DNA of 61,147 nucleotides from Patescibacteria group bacterium (lineage in GTDB: Bacteria; Patescibacteriota; Minisyncoccia; Phycocordibacterales; UBA2100): contig JBBTSD010000012.1 of assembly GCA_038064835.1 (NCBI GenBank), positions 1-61,147 of the forward strand, in the 5' to 3' direction. The position numbers were made by a program, and so were the translations under genes. This document shows positions 28,363-37,102 of the stretch, one piece after another. The notes under the pieces are model-generated. The model did not search any database and was not told the origin of the DNA. It worked only from the letters and a program-made list of their open reading frames with translations. Each line of letters opens with the position of its first letter. Positions within the stretch are counted from its first letter, which is position 1.

Positions 28363-29448
28363 CTACTTGGCGTCTCCTCTTTTGAAATCGAGCTGTTCGT
28401 CCGGGATGCCAATAGATTTTCCATAGGCCACTGCATCGCTCCAAGTTTCCTTGTCTGAAGATTTAATCGTAAATATCTTATCTTTGAAAATTACCTTCAT
28501 AGCATCGTTGCCGTCCTGCCAAAAATGCATATACCAAGGACCGTACTTTAAATGTCTTCCGAGTTCGGGAAATTGTCGCTCGCGCACAGCTACATTATGT
28601 AGCGTCCAACCGTCCGCTTGGTATACCTTCTCTTTCTTAAGTGATTCGAGAATCTGTGTGTCATGCAAACTTTCCTGCACAATTGTTCCTTTGTACGGAG
28701 CAGACTTGTCGAAATCCAGCATGCATTCCTCATGCAGTTTTTTGAGTCTGCCATACTCTTTCTCGGCTACTTCTATAAGAGCAAGTGTATCTCCCATCAC
28801 CGTACCCCGAAGCCGATCCCGGACTTCGGCACGCACAGTGTCTTGCATTCGCCCCTCTATTTGTCCGCGCAGATCTGTCAGCTCATTCAATTTCGCATCT
28901 AGTAGCTTTTTAAGATCCCCACAGTGCGAATCATCCTCGGTGTCCACCGTTTCGTTACTCTTGCAGATTATGCGTACTGCAAAGTAGCCGACCGGTAATG
29001 CTACAAGCAAAGCGAGCAGTGCCCACAGTATCGATAGTGATTTGACATCGTCTTCTGTAGAAACAACTTCGGGACTGGTGCTCGCAAGCACTATCGCATT
29101 CTCCGGAGTATTCGACTCTGGCATGACAGTAGGTGAAATTGGCTTTGCCACGACTGGTTTGAGAGATGGAGTGACTGTCGGTTTTACTCCCATTTCCACA
29201 TCTGCAGGTACCGGCGCTTCGACCGGCATAGGAGCCCAAGATTCTGTGACCATTTCACCAACAGACTCGTCCGTTGGGGCTGGACGCACTTCGCTCGCAG
29301 GTACTTCGCTTTGCGGGGGCGCACTACCACCTTGCCCGTCGGACTGAGCGCTAGTTATAGCGGGTATAAACAAAAAGTAAAAGGTGACCGAAAAAGCAAC
29401 GGCAAGTAGATTCTTCCCGAGTTTGCCCTTACAAATACTGGCACACAT
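28363..29448 (-). CDS. Membrane-anchored hypothetical protein (Pro-rich, TM, coiled coil, C-terminal domain)
   Basis: 361-aa ORF; start uncertain. Confidence 0.65.
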   Translation of the reverse strand: MCASICKGKLGKNLLAVAFSVTFYFLFIPAITSAQSDGQGGSAPPQSEVPASEVRPAPTDESVGEMVTESWAPMPVEAPVPADVEMGVKPTVTPSLKPVVAKPISPTVMPESNTPENAIVLASTSPEVVSTEDDVKSLSILWALLALLVALPVGYFAVRIICKSNETVDTEDDSHCGDLKKLLDAKLNELTDLRGQIEGRMQDTVRAEVRDRLRGTVMGDTLALIEVAEKEYGRLKKLHEECMLDFDKSAPYKGTIVQESLHDTQILESLKKEKVYQADGWTLHNVAVRERQFPELGRHLKYGPWYMHFWQDGNDAMKVIFKDKIFTIKSSDKETWSDAVAYGKSIGIPDEQLDFKRGDAK

Positions 29449-29485
29449 ACGCCTGTAATTTCCATCTTTTGAAAGTTACTGTAGG

Positions 29486-29791
29486 TTAGTTTTTGATTTG
29501 CTGCGAAGCTCGCATACGAACAGCGCGTACAATTGCAACTATAAAAATCGGTAGATAAATTATGCTCGTAAAGAAAAGATATACGGTTACAAACAGCTGA
29601 TAGGCGTGAGGGAACAACAAAAACTCATACAGCGGAATGGTGCACTCCAAGACCGTATCAATGTAGCCCCCTATACAACCCGAGAGGTAGTACAGACATA
29701 GTGTGGCCATGACTCCCGTAGCCGGAACAATCCAACCCCATAAAACAATCTTCCCGGGCCTATTCCTAAAAATTGAAAATATAAATTGCAT
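29486..29791 (-). CDS. Small membrane protein
   Basis: 2-3 TM segments, AT-rich, directly after tRNA-Ala. Confidence 0.55.
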   Translation of the reverse strand: MQFIFSIFRNRPGKIVLWGWIVPATGVMATLCLYYLSGCIGGYIDTVLECTIPLYEFLLFPHAYQLFVTVYLFFTSIIYLPIFIVAIVRAVRMRASQQIKN

Positions 29792-29813
29792 AGTACGACA
29801 GTGTTTCGATTTG

Positions 29814-29886
29814 TGGACCCATGGAGACTCGAACTCCAGACCCCCTCATTGCAAATGAGGTGCTCTACCAACTGAGCTATGGGCCC
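29814..29886 (-). tRNA. tRNA-Ala(TGC)
   Basis: G3-U70; CCTCA-TT-TGC-AA-TGAGG. Confidence 0.95.
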
Positions 29887-29957
29887 ATGGTTACGGAGGG
29901 CATCCGGCTACACTGATTGCATAGCGAACGCACTATACCACACCCACTTTTTGCGCA

Positions 29958-30317
29958 CTAGAGGGTTCCTGTAGAAACAAGAATCTTTGCGCTCACAAAT
30001 GTAGCAATAGCAGTAATCCCTAAAATGTAGCCTGTCTTTCTGAGAACAACACTTCGCGGTACCTTCTTACCTGCCCAGCGCCATTCGGGTTTCTCGCCCG
30101 TAAGCGCACTCACGACGGCAAGCAATGCAGTGAGTAATGCAACGAATGGGACAAAGCTTCCCAAGGTGTCACTTGCGGAATACGATTCCCCATCAAACCA
30201 GTAAAATGCTCCTGCAATGGCACATGCCCACAAAAACACGATACTCCACCCCTGCCAGGTGACAGGCTGCCATCCCCATCCATACTCTTTTGCTTTAAAC
30301 CAGCGCTGTTTTTTCAT
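29958..30317 (-). CDS. Membrane protein
   Basis: WFKAKEYGWGWQPVTWQGW...GEKPEWRW. Confidence 0.75.
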   Translation of the reverse strand: MKKQRWFKAKEYGWGWQPVTWQGWSIVFLWACAIAGAFYWFDGESYSASDTLGSFVPFVALLTALLAVVSALTGEKPEWRWAGKKVPRSVVLRKTGYILGITAIATFVSAKILVSTGTL

Positions 30318-30373
30318 CAAAAAAGAGTACCATAGAATGAACCCGCGAGGCGTCTTTTCCACATCTAGTGCCA

Positions 30374-30520
30374 CATTCATAAAATTTTGTCCTGAGAAAA
30401 CCGAAGAATCGTGAGCGAGGCGACGGCAAAAATACCGCGGCAATGCAGTGGCATTGGCAAGGAATTTTTGCCGAGCCGCAGCCGCGATTATGCGGTTTTA
30501 TGGACAAAATTTTATGAATG
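30374..30520. repeat. ~147-bp imperfect palindrome (REP/MITE-like)
   Basis: 19-bp perfect outer arms CATTCATAAAATTTTGTCC/GGACAAAATTTTATGAATG plus inner stems. Confidence 0.85.
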
Positions 30521-30526
30521 GGGTAC

Positions 30527-31345
30527 TTAGCTCAACTTTGCCAATTCAGCAACGATAGCCGACCCAAAAAAACGACTTCCCAGCTCGTCGAATTGAAGAG
30601 AGGGTTTTGTAGAAAGAAATTGCCGTGCGCCGTTTTGTATAAGTGACGCTTCGATATCGGGATGCCTCACCAAATAATCCGCAAGCTTGCGTGGGACAAC
30701 ATTCTTTTGATTAACCACAGCAATCGAGAGGCCTAGTACTTCACGAATTAGAGGCTCGAGAATGCCGTAATGTGTACATCCAAGAATAAGTGTATCGATA
30801 TCGTATCGTCCCAACGGTTTCAGACATCCCACAACAGTCGCCTTGGCAATAATTGATCTATCAAGACCTCGTTCGACAAGAGGCACCAAAAAAGGACATG
30901 CTTGCTCATACACCTCAACCCCTGGATTTAATTTGTGTACTTCGCGTGTAAAAGCACTTGAACGCACTGTTGCTTCAGTAGCAATCACGCCCACGCGTTT
31001 CTTTTGTGTGCGTATCACTGCCTCCTCAGCAGAAGGAATCAGCACGCCCAAAACCCGCTTACTCGAATTCGCCGGTATATCTTCGCGTTGAATAACATGC
31101 AACGCTTCACTAGAGGCACTGTTACATGCCAGTATCACCAAGTCGCAATCATGTTTAAAAAGATATTTCACTGCCTGTCTCGTGAAGGAGTAGATTTCTT
31201 TTTGAGAACGAGGGCCATACGGCACACGAGCACTGTCTCCTAAATACACATAGCTATACTCGGGCAACTCTGCAACGATACCAGATAGCACATCAAGCCC
31301 GCCAAACCCGGAGTCGAACACGCCGATTCGTTTTGTACGAGTCAT
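30527..31345 (-). CDS. murI: Glutamate racemase
   Basis: IGVFDSGFGG, PYG, ACNSAS, LGCTHY. Confidence 0.95.
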   Translation of the reverse strand: MTRTKRIGVFDSGFGGLDVLSGIVAELPEYSYVYLGDSARVPYGPRSQKEIYSFTRQAVKYLFKHDCDLVILACNSASSEALHVIQREDIPANSSKRVLGVLIPSAEEAVIRTQKKRVGVIATEATVRSSAFTREVHKLNPGVEVYEQACPFLVPLVERGLDRSIIAKATVVGCLKPLGRYDIDTLILGCTHYGILEPLIREVLGLSIAVVNQKNVVPRKLADYLVRHPDIEASLIQNGARQFLSTKPSLQFDELGSRFFGSAIVAELAKLS

Positions 31346-31349
31346 ACCA

Positions 31350-31420
31350 TCGGGATACCCGGAATCGAACCGAGCCTACATGCCCCCCAGGCATGCGTAC
31401 TGCCGATATACTATATCCCG
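31350..31420 (-). tRNA. tRNA-Pro(GGG)
   Basis: C1-G72; CATGC-CT-GGG-GG-GCATG. Confidence 0.93.
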
Positions 31421-31452
31421 TACCGACGAGTATACCGTTTCCTAGTGTTTTT

Positions 31453-32463
31453 TCATCTTGTTCGAGCGGTCTCGATTATTTTGTTCAAAAGCTGAGGGAA
31501 TGTGATACCAACTGCAGCAGCGGCCTGTGGGTACAAACTGGTTTCGGTCATGCCTGGGATAGTATTAGTTTCGAGCATATAGATTTTTCCTGCACGCACC
31601 AACATATCAGTACGCGATATACCCCGGCACCCCAACAGATGATGTGCAACTAATGCAGATTCTTGAATTTTGTCGATTACTTTTGCAGGCAACTGTGGTG
31701 GTGTTATTTCCTGTGTCGCCCCTTTAGTATATTTTGCATGATAATCGAAAAATGCACTGGACTGCGGAATGATATGTGTTGGTGGTAGCGCAATTGCGCC
31801 CTCGTGCTCGTCAAGAACTGCACAAGTCACTTCATCGCCTTGAATGTATTCCTGCACAATAATGCGCGAGCTAGACTCTTGTGCTTTTACAAGCGCTGGA
31901 GCAATTTCATCTAGTGATTTAACTATCGATACGCCGACACTTGAACCGGAATCAGCCGGCTTCACGACACATGGCATACCAAAAGCCTTGGCTTCCTCAA
32001 CAGCCTCCTGTGAGTGACTTAGGCTATGGGGTGAAAGCAATATAGTCTTTGGCACTCGCAAACCTGCATACTTGTACAACGCAAGCGACGCGCATTTGTC
32101 CATTGCAAGTGTGCTCGCAAGGACACCAGACCCGGTATAACGAATGCCCACACTATCAAACAAAGTCTGAATCGTACCATCCTCGCCAAAAGTGCCGTGC
32201 AGCGCGATAAAAGCAATGTCGGGACACACTTTTTTCTTAAGGTAGGTAACCGCGTCCAGATGATCAAATTTTTTTGCACTATCGGGGAACTTCCATACTC
32301 CTGTTTTACTGATGAAAATTCGAGTGAGTGAGTACCGATTTTTATCAAGATTTTTAGCAATGACTCTTGCTGTACGAACAGACACTTCGTGCTCGCGAGA
32401 GGGCCCACCACTGATCAGTGAGATATGTATTTTCTTTTTGACTTTCACGGATTTCTTTTTCAT
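31453..32463 (-). CDS. ddl: D-alanine-D-alanine ligase
   Basis: GGPSREHEVS, HGTFGEDG, GSSVG, ETNTIPGMTETS. Confidence 0.95.
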   Translation of the reverse strand: MKKKSVKVKKKIHISLISGGPSREHEVSVRTARVIAKNLDKNRYSLTRIFISKTGVWKFPDSAKKFDHLDAVTYLKKKVCPDIAFIALHGTFGEDGTIQTLFDSVGIRYTGSGVLASTLAMDKCASLALYKYAGLRVPKTILLSPHSLSHSQEAVEEAKAFGMPCVVKPADSGSSVGVSIVKSLDEIAPALVKAQESSSRIIVQEYIQGDEVTCAVLDEHEGAIALPPTHIIPQSSAFFDYHAKYTKGATQEITPPQLPAKVIDKIQESALVAHHLLGCRGISRTDMLVRAGKIYMLETNTIPGMTETSLYPQAAAAVGITFPQLLNKIIETARTR

Positions 32464-32469
32464 ACGGTG

Positions 32470-32543
32470 TGCACCCTTCAGGATTCGAACCTGAGACCTT
32501 TCGAATGTGAATCGAACGCTCTAACCAGCTGAGCTAAGGGTGC
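32470..32543 (-). tRNA. tRNA-Val(CAC)
   Basis: TTCGA-TT-CAC-AT-TCGAA; GGTTCGAATCC. Confidence 0.95.
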
Positions 32544-32586
32544 ATCCTGGCATTATGCGCAAACCCCCAGTTTTCTCAAGCAAACG

Positions 32587-32613
32587 AAAAGCACCCCCTG
32601 CTGGGGGTGCTTT
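32587..32613 (-). terminator. Intrinsic terminator
   Basis: AAAGCACCCCC/GGGGGTGCTTT. Confidence 0.75.
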
Positions 32614-32627
32614 CTGGCCAGTATCAC

Positions 32628-33110
32628 TTAGCTACAAACACCAGGCTGGTGCGTGTGAGGCGCGGCCGCACCCACTCGCTTTGACACCACCTGCATAAAG
32701 CTTCCAAGCGCGGAAATTGCAAGCACCACTACGAAGAAGCGTCCGATCGGCAAGCTGACATACAGACCTGTTGCCATCAAGGCAGCCCACACGCCAGTAC
32801 ACCACAAACATTCGATAAGCTCTGCAGCCGCTCGTCGAAATCCCTTGTCCGGCCTTATCTCACTACCGTCCGGCAAGGTGTTCATAAAGGCCGCGCGAAA
32901 GAAGCTAAAGATTTTGTCGAGAGTCACCAGGCGAATCAGACGAAATGTTGCCAATCCAAGAATGAGTAAGTCCAATACAGTCAGACCCATCAGCTGATCC
33001 ATGCCAGTACCTCGATTAAGTACCCCATACAACAGCACGACTGCTATGGGAAACGCGCTAAAAAATAGTGCGTTCCACACATGGCGGTCCGGTGCAAGAT
33101 TATTGTCCAT
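32628..33110 (-). CDS. DUF1360-like membrane protein
   Basis: LATFRLIRLVTLDKI, ELIECLWCTGVW. Confidence 0.8.
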   Translation of the reverse strand: MDNNLAPDRHVWNALFFSAFPIAVVLLYGVLNRGTGMDQLMGLTVLDLLILGLATFRLIRLVTLDKIFSFFRAAFMNTLPDGSEIRPDKGFRRAAAELIECLWCTGVWAALMATGLYVSLPIGRFFVVVLAISALGSFMQVVSKRVGAAAPHTHQPGVCS

Positions 33111-33564
33111 GATTTTGGTCGGTCCCGCATGCGCCGTCACAGACATGGCAGTTGCCACATCCGGAACACTTCGCGCACCAACACTTCATGCTTTTCGGGC
33201 CAGGACCATTCACGGCGAGAAGGAGAAGTCCGCCAGTAATAGAGAGATTTTTGAGAGCCATCATCAACTGCATTTGGTCAGCAAAGTTGTTGTGGAACAG
33301 TGCTGTTGCGATAAGCGTGAACACAACCAGCATCCATGACGCAAGGCGCGCCATAAAGCCTGCAATGAGCATAAGTCCTCCACCAAGTTCGATAATGATT
33401 GCCAAGACCGTGAGAACGGACGGCATCGGTAAACCGACTGATGCTATGTAACCGGCAGTGGCAGTAAAGCCTACAATCTTGCCCCATCCGGCAAACACAA
33501 ACAGACCTCCTAAAAGAATACGAGCAATGAGCGGGACCCACTGCTTGATCATACTACTGTGCAT
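33100..33564 (-). CDS. DoxX family protein with Cys-rich C-terminal tail
   Basis: ARILLG..F...GWGK, ELGGG, KNLSITGGLL; tail CWCAKCSGCGNCHVCDGAC. Confidence 0.85.
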   Translation of the reverse strand: MHSSMIKQWVPLIARILLGGLFVFAGWGKIVGFTATAGYIASVGLPMPSVLTVLAIIIELGGGLMLIAGFMARLASWMLVVFTLIATALFHNNFADQMQLMMALKNLSITGGLLLLAVNGPGPKSMKCWCAKCSGCGNCHVCDGACGTDQNHGQ

Positions 33565-33668
33565 AAAACCCATATATTGTACGCGCACGCGTGTTACTGA
33601 TATACCACAATCGTAAGGCCAAATTGCCAGGGCGCAAGTGCTTTTGCACAGGGAGCTTCCTACGCCGA

Positions 33669-34793
33669 TTACCCAAAGGTGAAAGTGAACACCTCAGGCA
33701 TCCCGTCTTCGATGATGACTTCCAGTACATGCTCACCTGGTTTCATCATCTCAATGACTTTATACAGGCGGTCTTCGTCAACCCGCAGTAGGCTACTAGC
33801 ATCCACATCGCTCCCCGCAGCCCCTGCAACAGAGGCGGGATTGCCGTCAATAAACACTCGCAGTGAAGCTCCCTCGTCTGAACGCGCAACCATGTAAACC
33901 TTGCTTCCAGTAAAACGCATCTTGATCGACCCATTACTATCCCCTTTCGCATATTCAGACTGAATATCCCATGTACCGGAAAGATATGCGGTGTCTTTTT
34001 TTAAGGTGATGTTTTCTGGCAATGAAAGCCTTTGTACACCAATTGCTCCTGCGGGTACATTTCCCAGTCGACTGTTTCGTCGCGCCCCAAAATAAGTTTC
34101 GGGTGAGCGATTTGGCCGCTTAGCAAAAACTTCGGCACCCGCCGGTGTAGCCAAACCAGTAGAAACAGGTGCGCTCTCGCCAAGCTTCGCATTTCGCTCA
34201 TGCAAAAGTCGCTGGATAGTCTTTTCGGTATCCTCATACCCACCTTCACCAATGCGGTCGTACACAATATAGCCATCGATGTCTATAAGATACTTCCGGG
34301 GCCAGTATCGATTTTGATATGCGCGCCAGGTCCCATAGTCGTTATCAAGCACGACGGGATACTTGATACCAAATTCTTTTGTCGCATTCACCACATTTTC
34401 GTACTCTTCTTCAAACGCAAACTCGGGCGTGTGTACACCAATAATTAAAAGTCCTTCGTCTTCGTATTTTTCGTGCCATGCATTCAGGTATGGCTGAACG
34501 CGATGGCAGTTAATGCAGCTATATGTCCAAAAATCGACTAGAATGACTTTTTTACCAATCTGCTCCCGGATAGTAATTGGTAGATTATCGGTATTTATGA
34601 ATCCGGCAGGGGCAACAAGCTCGCGGGCCTTTGAGAAACGGCGTTCTTTTTCGGCGACAGGTATCACCGTAAGTGGTTGTGCGGAAACGCTCGATACGGC
34701 TGGTTTATCTTGAAGAAAGTATATTGCTCCTCCAATCAACACAAAGACACTCGCAAGGAGCAAGTAGCGCCGTATGTCTATCGTCGCCGACAT
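33669..34793 (-). CDS. DipZ-like membrane-anchored thioredoxin
   Basis: DFWTYSCINC, GVHTPEF, NRYWP, SPETYFG, FTFG. Confidence 0.88.
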   Translation of the reverse strand: MSATIDIRRYLLLASVFVLIGGAIYFLQDKPAVSSVSAQPLTVIPVAEKERRFSKARELVAPAGFINTDNLPITIREQIGKKVILVDFWTYSCINCHRVQPYLNAWHEKYEDEGLLIIGVHTPEFAFEEEYENVVNATKEFGIKYPVVLDNDYGTWRAYQNRYWPRKYLIDIDGYIVYDRIGEGGYEDTEKTIQRLLHERNAKLGESAPVSTGLATPAGAEVFAKRPNRSPETYFGARRNSRLGNVPAGAIGVQRLSLPENITLKKDTAYLSGTWDIQSEYAKGDSNGSIKMRFTGSKVYMVARSDEGASLRVFIDGNPASVAGAAGSDVDASSLLRVDEDRLYKVIEMMKPGEHVLEVIIEDGMPEVFTFTFG

Positions 34794-34797
34794 AGTA

Positions 34798-35508
34798 TTA
34801 CACCCCCAGAAGTCGCTCGACCAACCCAAAACTTGCAAGGAGCGCGAGTTTTTGTGTGAAAATCAAGATACCCAAGCCAATCAAAATCACGCCAAATCCG
34901 CGTGTAATATATCCGGCAACATTGGCAAATCTAGTCATAGCCACCCCTGCTTCGCCGGCAAAAAGACCGACTACAAGAAATGGCATGCCGAGACCAAGGG
35001 CATACGCCATCAGCAGCGAAAATGCTGTACCTGGCTCAGACGCCGCGAGTCCCAGTATTGCACCCAGGGCTGCGCCTACACACGGTGTCCATCCGGCAGC
35101 AAACGCGGCGCCGAATATAAATGAGGTGAGCTCTCGTGATGAAAATTTTGTTTTGACTGAAAATTTGTGTGCGCGTTCTAGAAAACGCACACGAATAAGC
35201 CCCGTGAGATACAGCCCAAAGAAAATAATGATGGCTCCGCCGATCCGCGCAAGCCATACCTGGGCATCATAGGCCACGCGCTCAAGCAGGGTGTTAAGGA
35301 GAACGCCAAGTACAGCAAAAACTAGGGAAAAACCCAGGACAAAAAAGGCGCTGTTAAGAAATATTTTGAAGCGACTAGGTTGTTCACCCACCGCAGTCCC
35401 GCCAGCAAGATAGGCGAGGAACCCCGGCACGATGGGGAGCACGCAAGGTGAAAGAAACGACACAACACCCGCACTAAACGCTACTACAAATGAAAGCTCA
35501 GTAATCAT
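34798..35508 (-). CDS. ccdA: CcdA/DsbD transmembrane electron carrier
   Basis: SFLSPCVLP, GWTPCVG. Confidence 0.9.
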   Translation of the reverse strand: MITELSFVVAFSAGVVSFLSPCVLPIVPGFLAYLAGGTAVGEQPSRFKIFLNSAFFVLGFSLVFAVLGVLLNTLLERVAYDAQVWLARIGGAIIIFFGLYLTGLIRVRFLERAHKFSVKTKFSSRELTSFIFGAAFAAGWTPCVGAALGAILGLAASEPGTAFSLLMAYALGLGMPFLVVGLFAGEAGVAMTRFANVAGYITRGFGVILIGLGILIFTQKLALLASFGLVERLLGV

Positions 35509-35512
35509 ATGT

Positions 35513-36118
35513 CTATTGTAGCGCTTCTTTTATCGCCTCGAGATAGTTGTTCTTATCCCACGAAGTCGGGGACTTGCCGAGACGATTTCCTCCCCTTAGC
35601 AAGACCTTGGTGTGCTGATAGCCCACACCAAATTCACGCGCAAGCGCCTGTTCGTCCGAATCAGTGTCGGGATCGTTGTAGTTAACACGAAAGCCGACAA
35701 TTCGATCATCAGTGAGAGCATTAAACGCGGCTTGAGCCTCAGGAAGCTCCGCCTGACAGTAGGGGCACCAGGTGGCGTAAAAGAATAAGACAATCAGCCT
35801 ACCTTCTTCAGTGGCAAGGTTGTAGTCTGCTTTGTTAAAATCAAGAAGCGGTGCTGTGGTGCCAGCGAGCACCTTACCCGTGTAAGTCTTTTTTGTGGAG
35901 GTATCTTTGATTTCCATTTTTCCTTCGTTCTTCATCATTACATTTTCATCCGTTTCCCTCTCCTCGCCATCTTTCAGCATCACATCTCCTTTTACTTCCA
36001 TTACATCGTCAGACTTTTCCGCCATGCTAACGGAAGTTGCGGGCATATAAAAGTACCAAGCCAGGCCACCCAATGCTAGTACACCTGCAAGTATGGCAGT
36101 CAATTTTTGATGCGTCAT
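35513..36118 (-). CDS. Membrane-anchored thioredoxin-like protein
   Basis: FFYATWCPYC. Confidence 0.85.
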   Translation of the reverse strand: MTHQKLTAILAGVLALGGLAWYFYMPATSVSMAEKSDDVMEVKGDVMLKDGEERETDENVMMKNEGKMEIKDTSTKKTYTGKVLAGTTAPLLDFNKADYNLATEEGRLIVLFFYATWCPYCQAELPEAQAAFNALTDDRIVGFRVNYNDPDTDSDEQALAREFGVGYQHTKVLLRGGNRLGKSPTSWDKNNYLEAIKEALQ

Positions 36119-36119
36119 A

Positions 36120-36497
36120 TCAATTATAGAAACGAGTATATAAACTACTGATAATTTTAGCGATCACCATCGTACCAAGCGCAATAAGAAGCGTAGGCTC
36201 GATACTGTGCTGGAGAGCACTGATAATGATTCCAATACAGAGCACGCTTGCACCGGCCAAATACGCCATCCGGCCGGCTGTTGCTTGATGTGCTGAATCT
36301 CGCTCGTCGGTATATGAACCTTCTCTCCATACAAGTGTTGCGAAAACAACGAAAGCAATGAAGAGAAGAAGTACAATGAGCATGGCGGCCCGTGAAAGCA
36401 TCACCACATCAAATGGATTCAAAAGCAGAACCAGCAGCAGCATCACGATAAATGCCATCGACAGTTCTTTTTTGCTTTCACGCAAGAGGTTACTCAT
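36120..36497 (-). CDS. Membrane protein (DUF2178-like)
   Basis: DER motif between TMs; coupled to the XRE gene. Confidence 0.65.
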   Translation of the reverse strand: MSNLLRESKKELSMAFIVMLLLVLLLNPFDVVMLSRAAMLIVLLLFIAFVVFATLVWREGSYTDERDSAHQATAGRMAYLAGASVLCIGIIISALQHSIEPTLLIALGTMVIAKIISSLYTRFYN

Positions 36498-36694
36498 AGA
36501 AAAAATAAGTCATCGACTTTGCATTTAAAAAATCGCCCCAGTTTTAAAGCAAGAAACACTGAGGGTGTGTAGTTCCCCCTCTCGATTGCAATGATAGTTT
36601 GCCGAGAAACATCGACGGCTTCGGCGAGCACTTCTTGAGTGACCTGAGCCCTTGTGCGGAATACGGAAACTCGGTTTTGTGGCATGCCTTTCAT
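36494..36694 (-). CDS. XRE-family HTH regulator
   Basis: TQEVLAEAVDVSRQTIIAIERGNYTPS. Confidence 0.9.
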   Translation of the reverse strand: MKGMPQNRVSVFRTRAQVTQEVLAEAVDVSRQTIIAIERGNYTPSVFLALKLGRFFKCKVDDLFFL

Positions 36695-36726
36695 ACATCT
36701 AGGCATCCTATACTCTCCTTTTGTAG

Positions 36727-36744
36727 TGTCAAGTTAACTTTACA
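36727..36744. promoter_or_regulatory. Palindromic operator overlapping the -35 of the XRE operon
   Basis: TGTCAAGTTAACTTTACA near-palindrome containing TTGACA on the minus strand. Confidence 0.6.
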
Positions 36745-36785
36745 TCATTCTGTGGAAAAACTCCGGCATAGGCCGGAGTACATTG

Positions 36786-37046
36786 TTACAGCGAATGGTT
36801 CTTGGTATCCGCACGCATCGCAAGTCGGACACCGACAATTCCACCTATTAGAATACCCATACTCGTCCAGATCCATGGGGCTGACTCCTGATGGCCAAGA
36901 AACAGGAACGCCGGCAGGCCAAGCAATAAAGCGCCAGATATCATACCTCCAATTCCCAGCATTATTAGTAGGAAACCGGGGTTATCCATGATTTCGTGGC
37001 CCTCGTGTTTAACCCTTTCAGACTCAGGTCTGTGTACATTTTTCAT
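36786..37046 (-). CDS. Small 2-TM membrane protein
   Basis: SD GGAG; terminator 36756-36780. Confidence 0.6.
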   Translation of the reverse strand: MKNVHRPESERVKHEGHEIMDNPGFLLIMLGIGGMISGALLLGLPAFLFLGHQESAPWIWTSMGILIGGIVGVRLAMRADTKNHSL

Positions 37047-37102
37047 TCATCTCTCCACCGAGACTGCCACTTCTATAGCACAGAAATGGCACCCGAGCCA
37101 CA

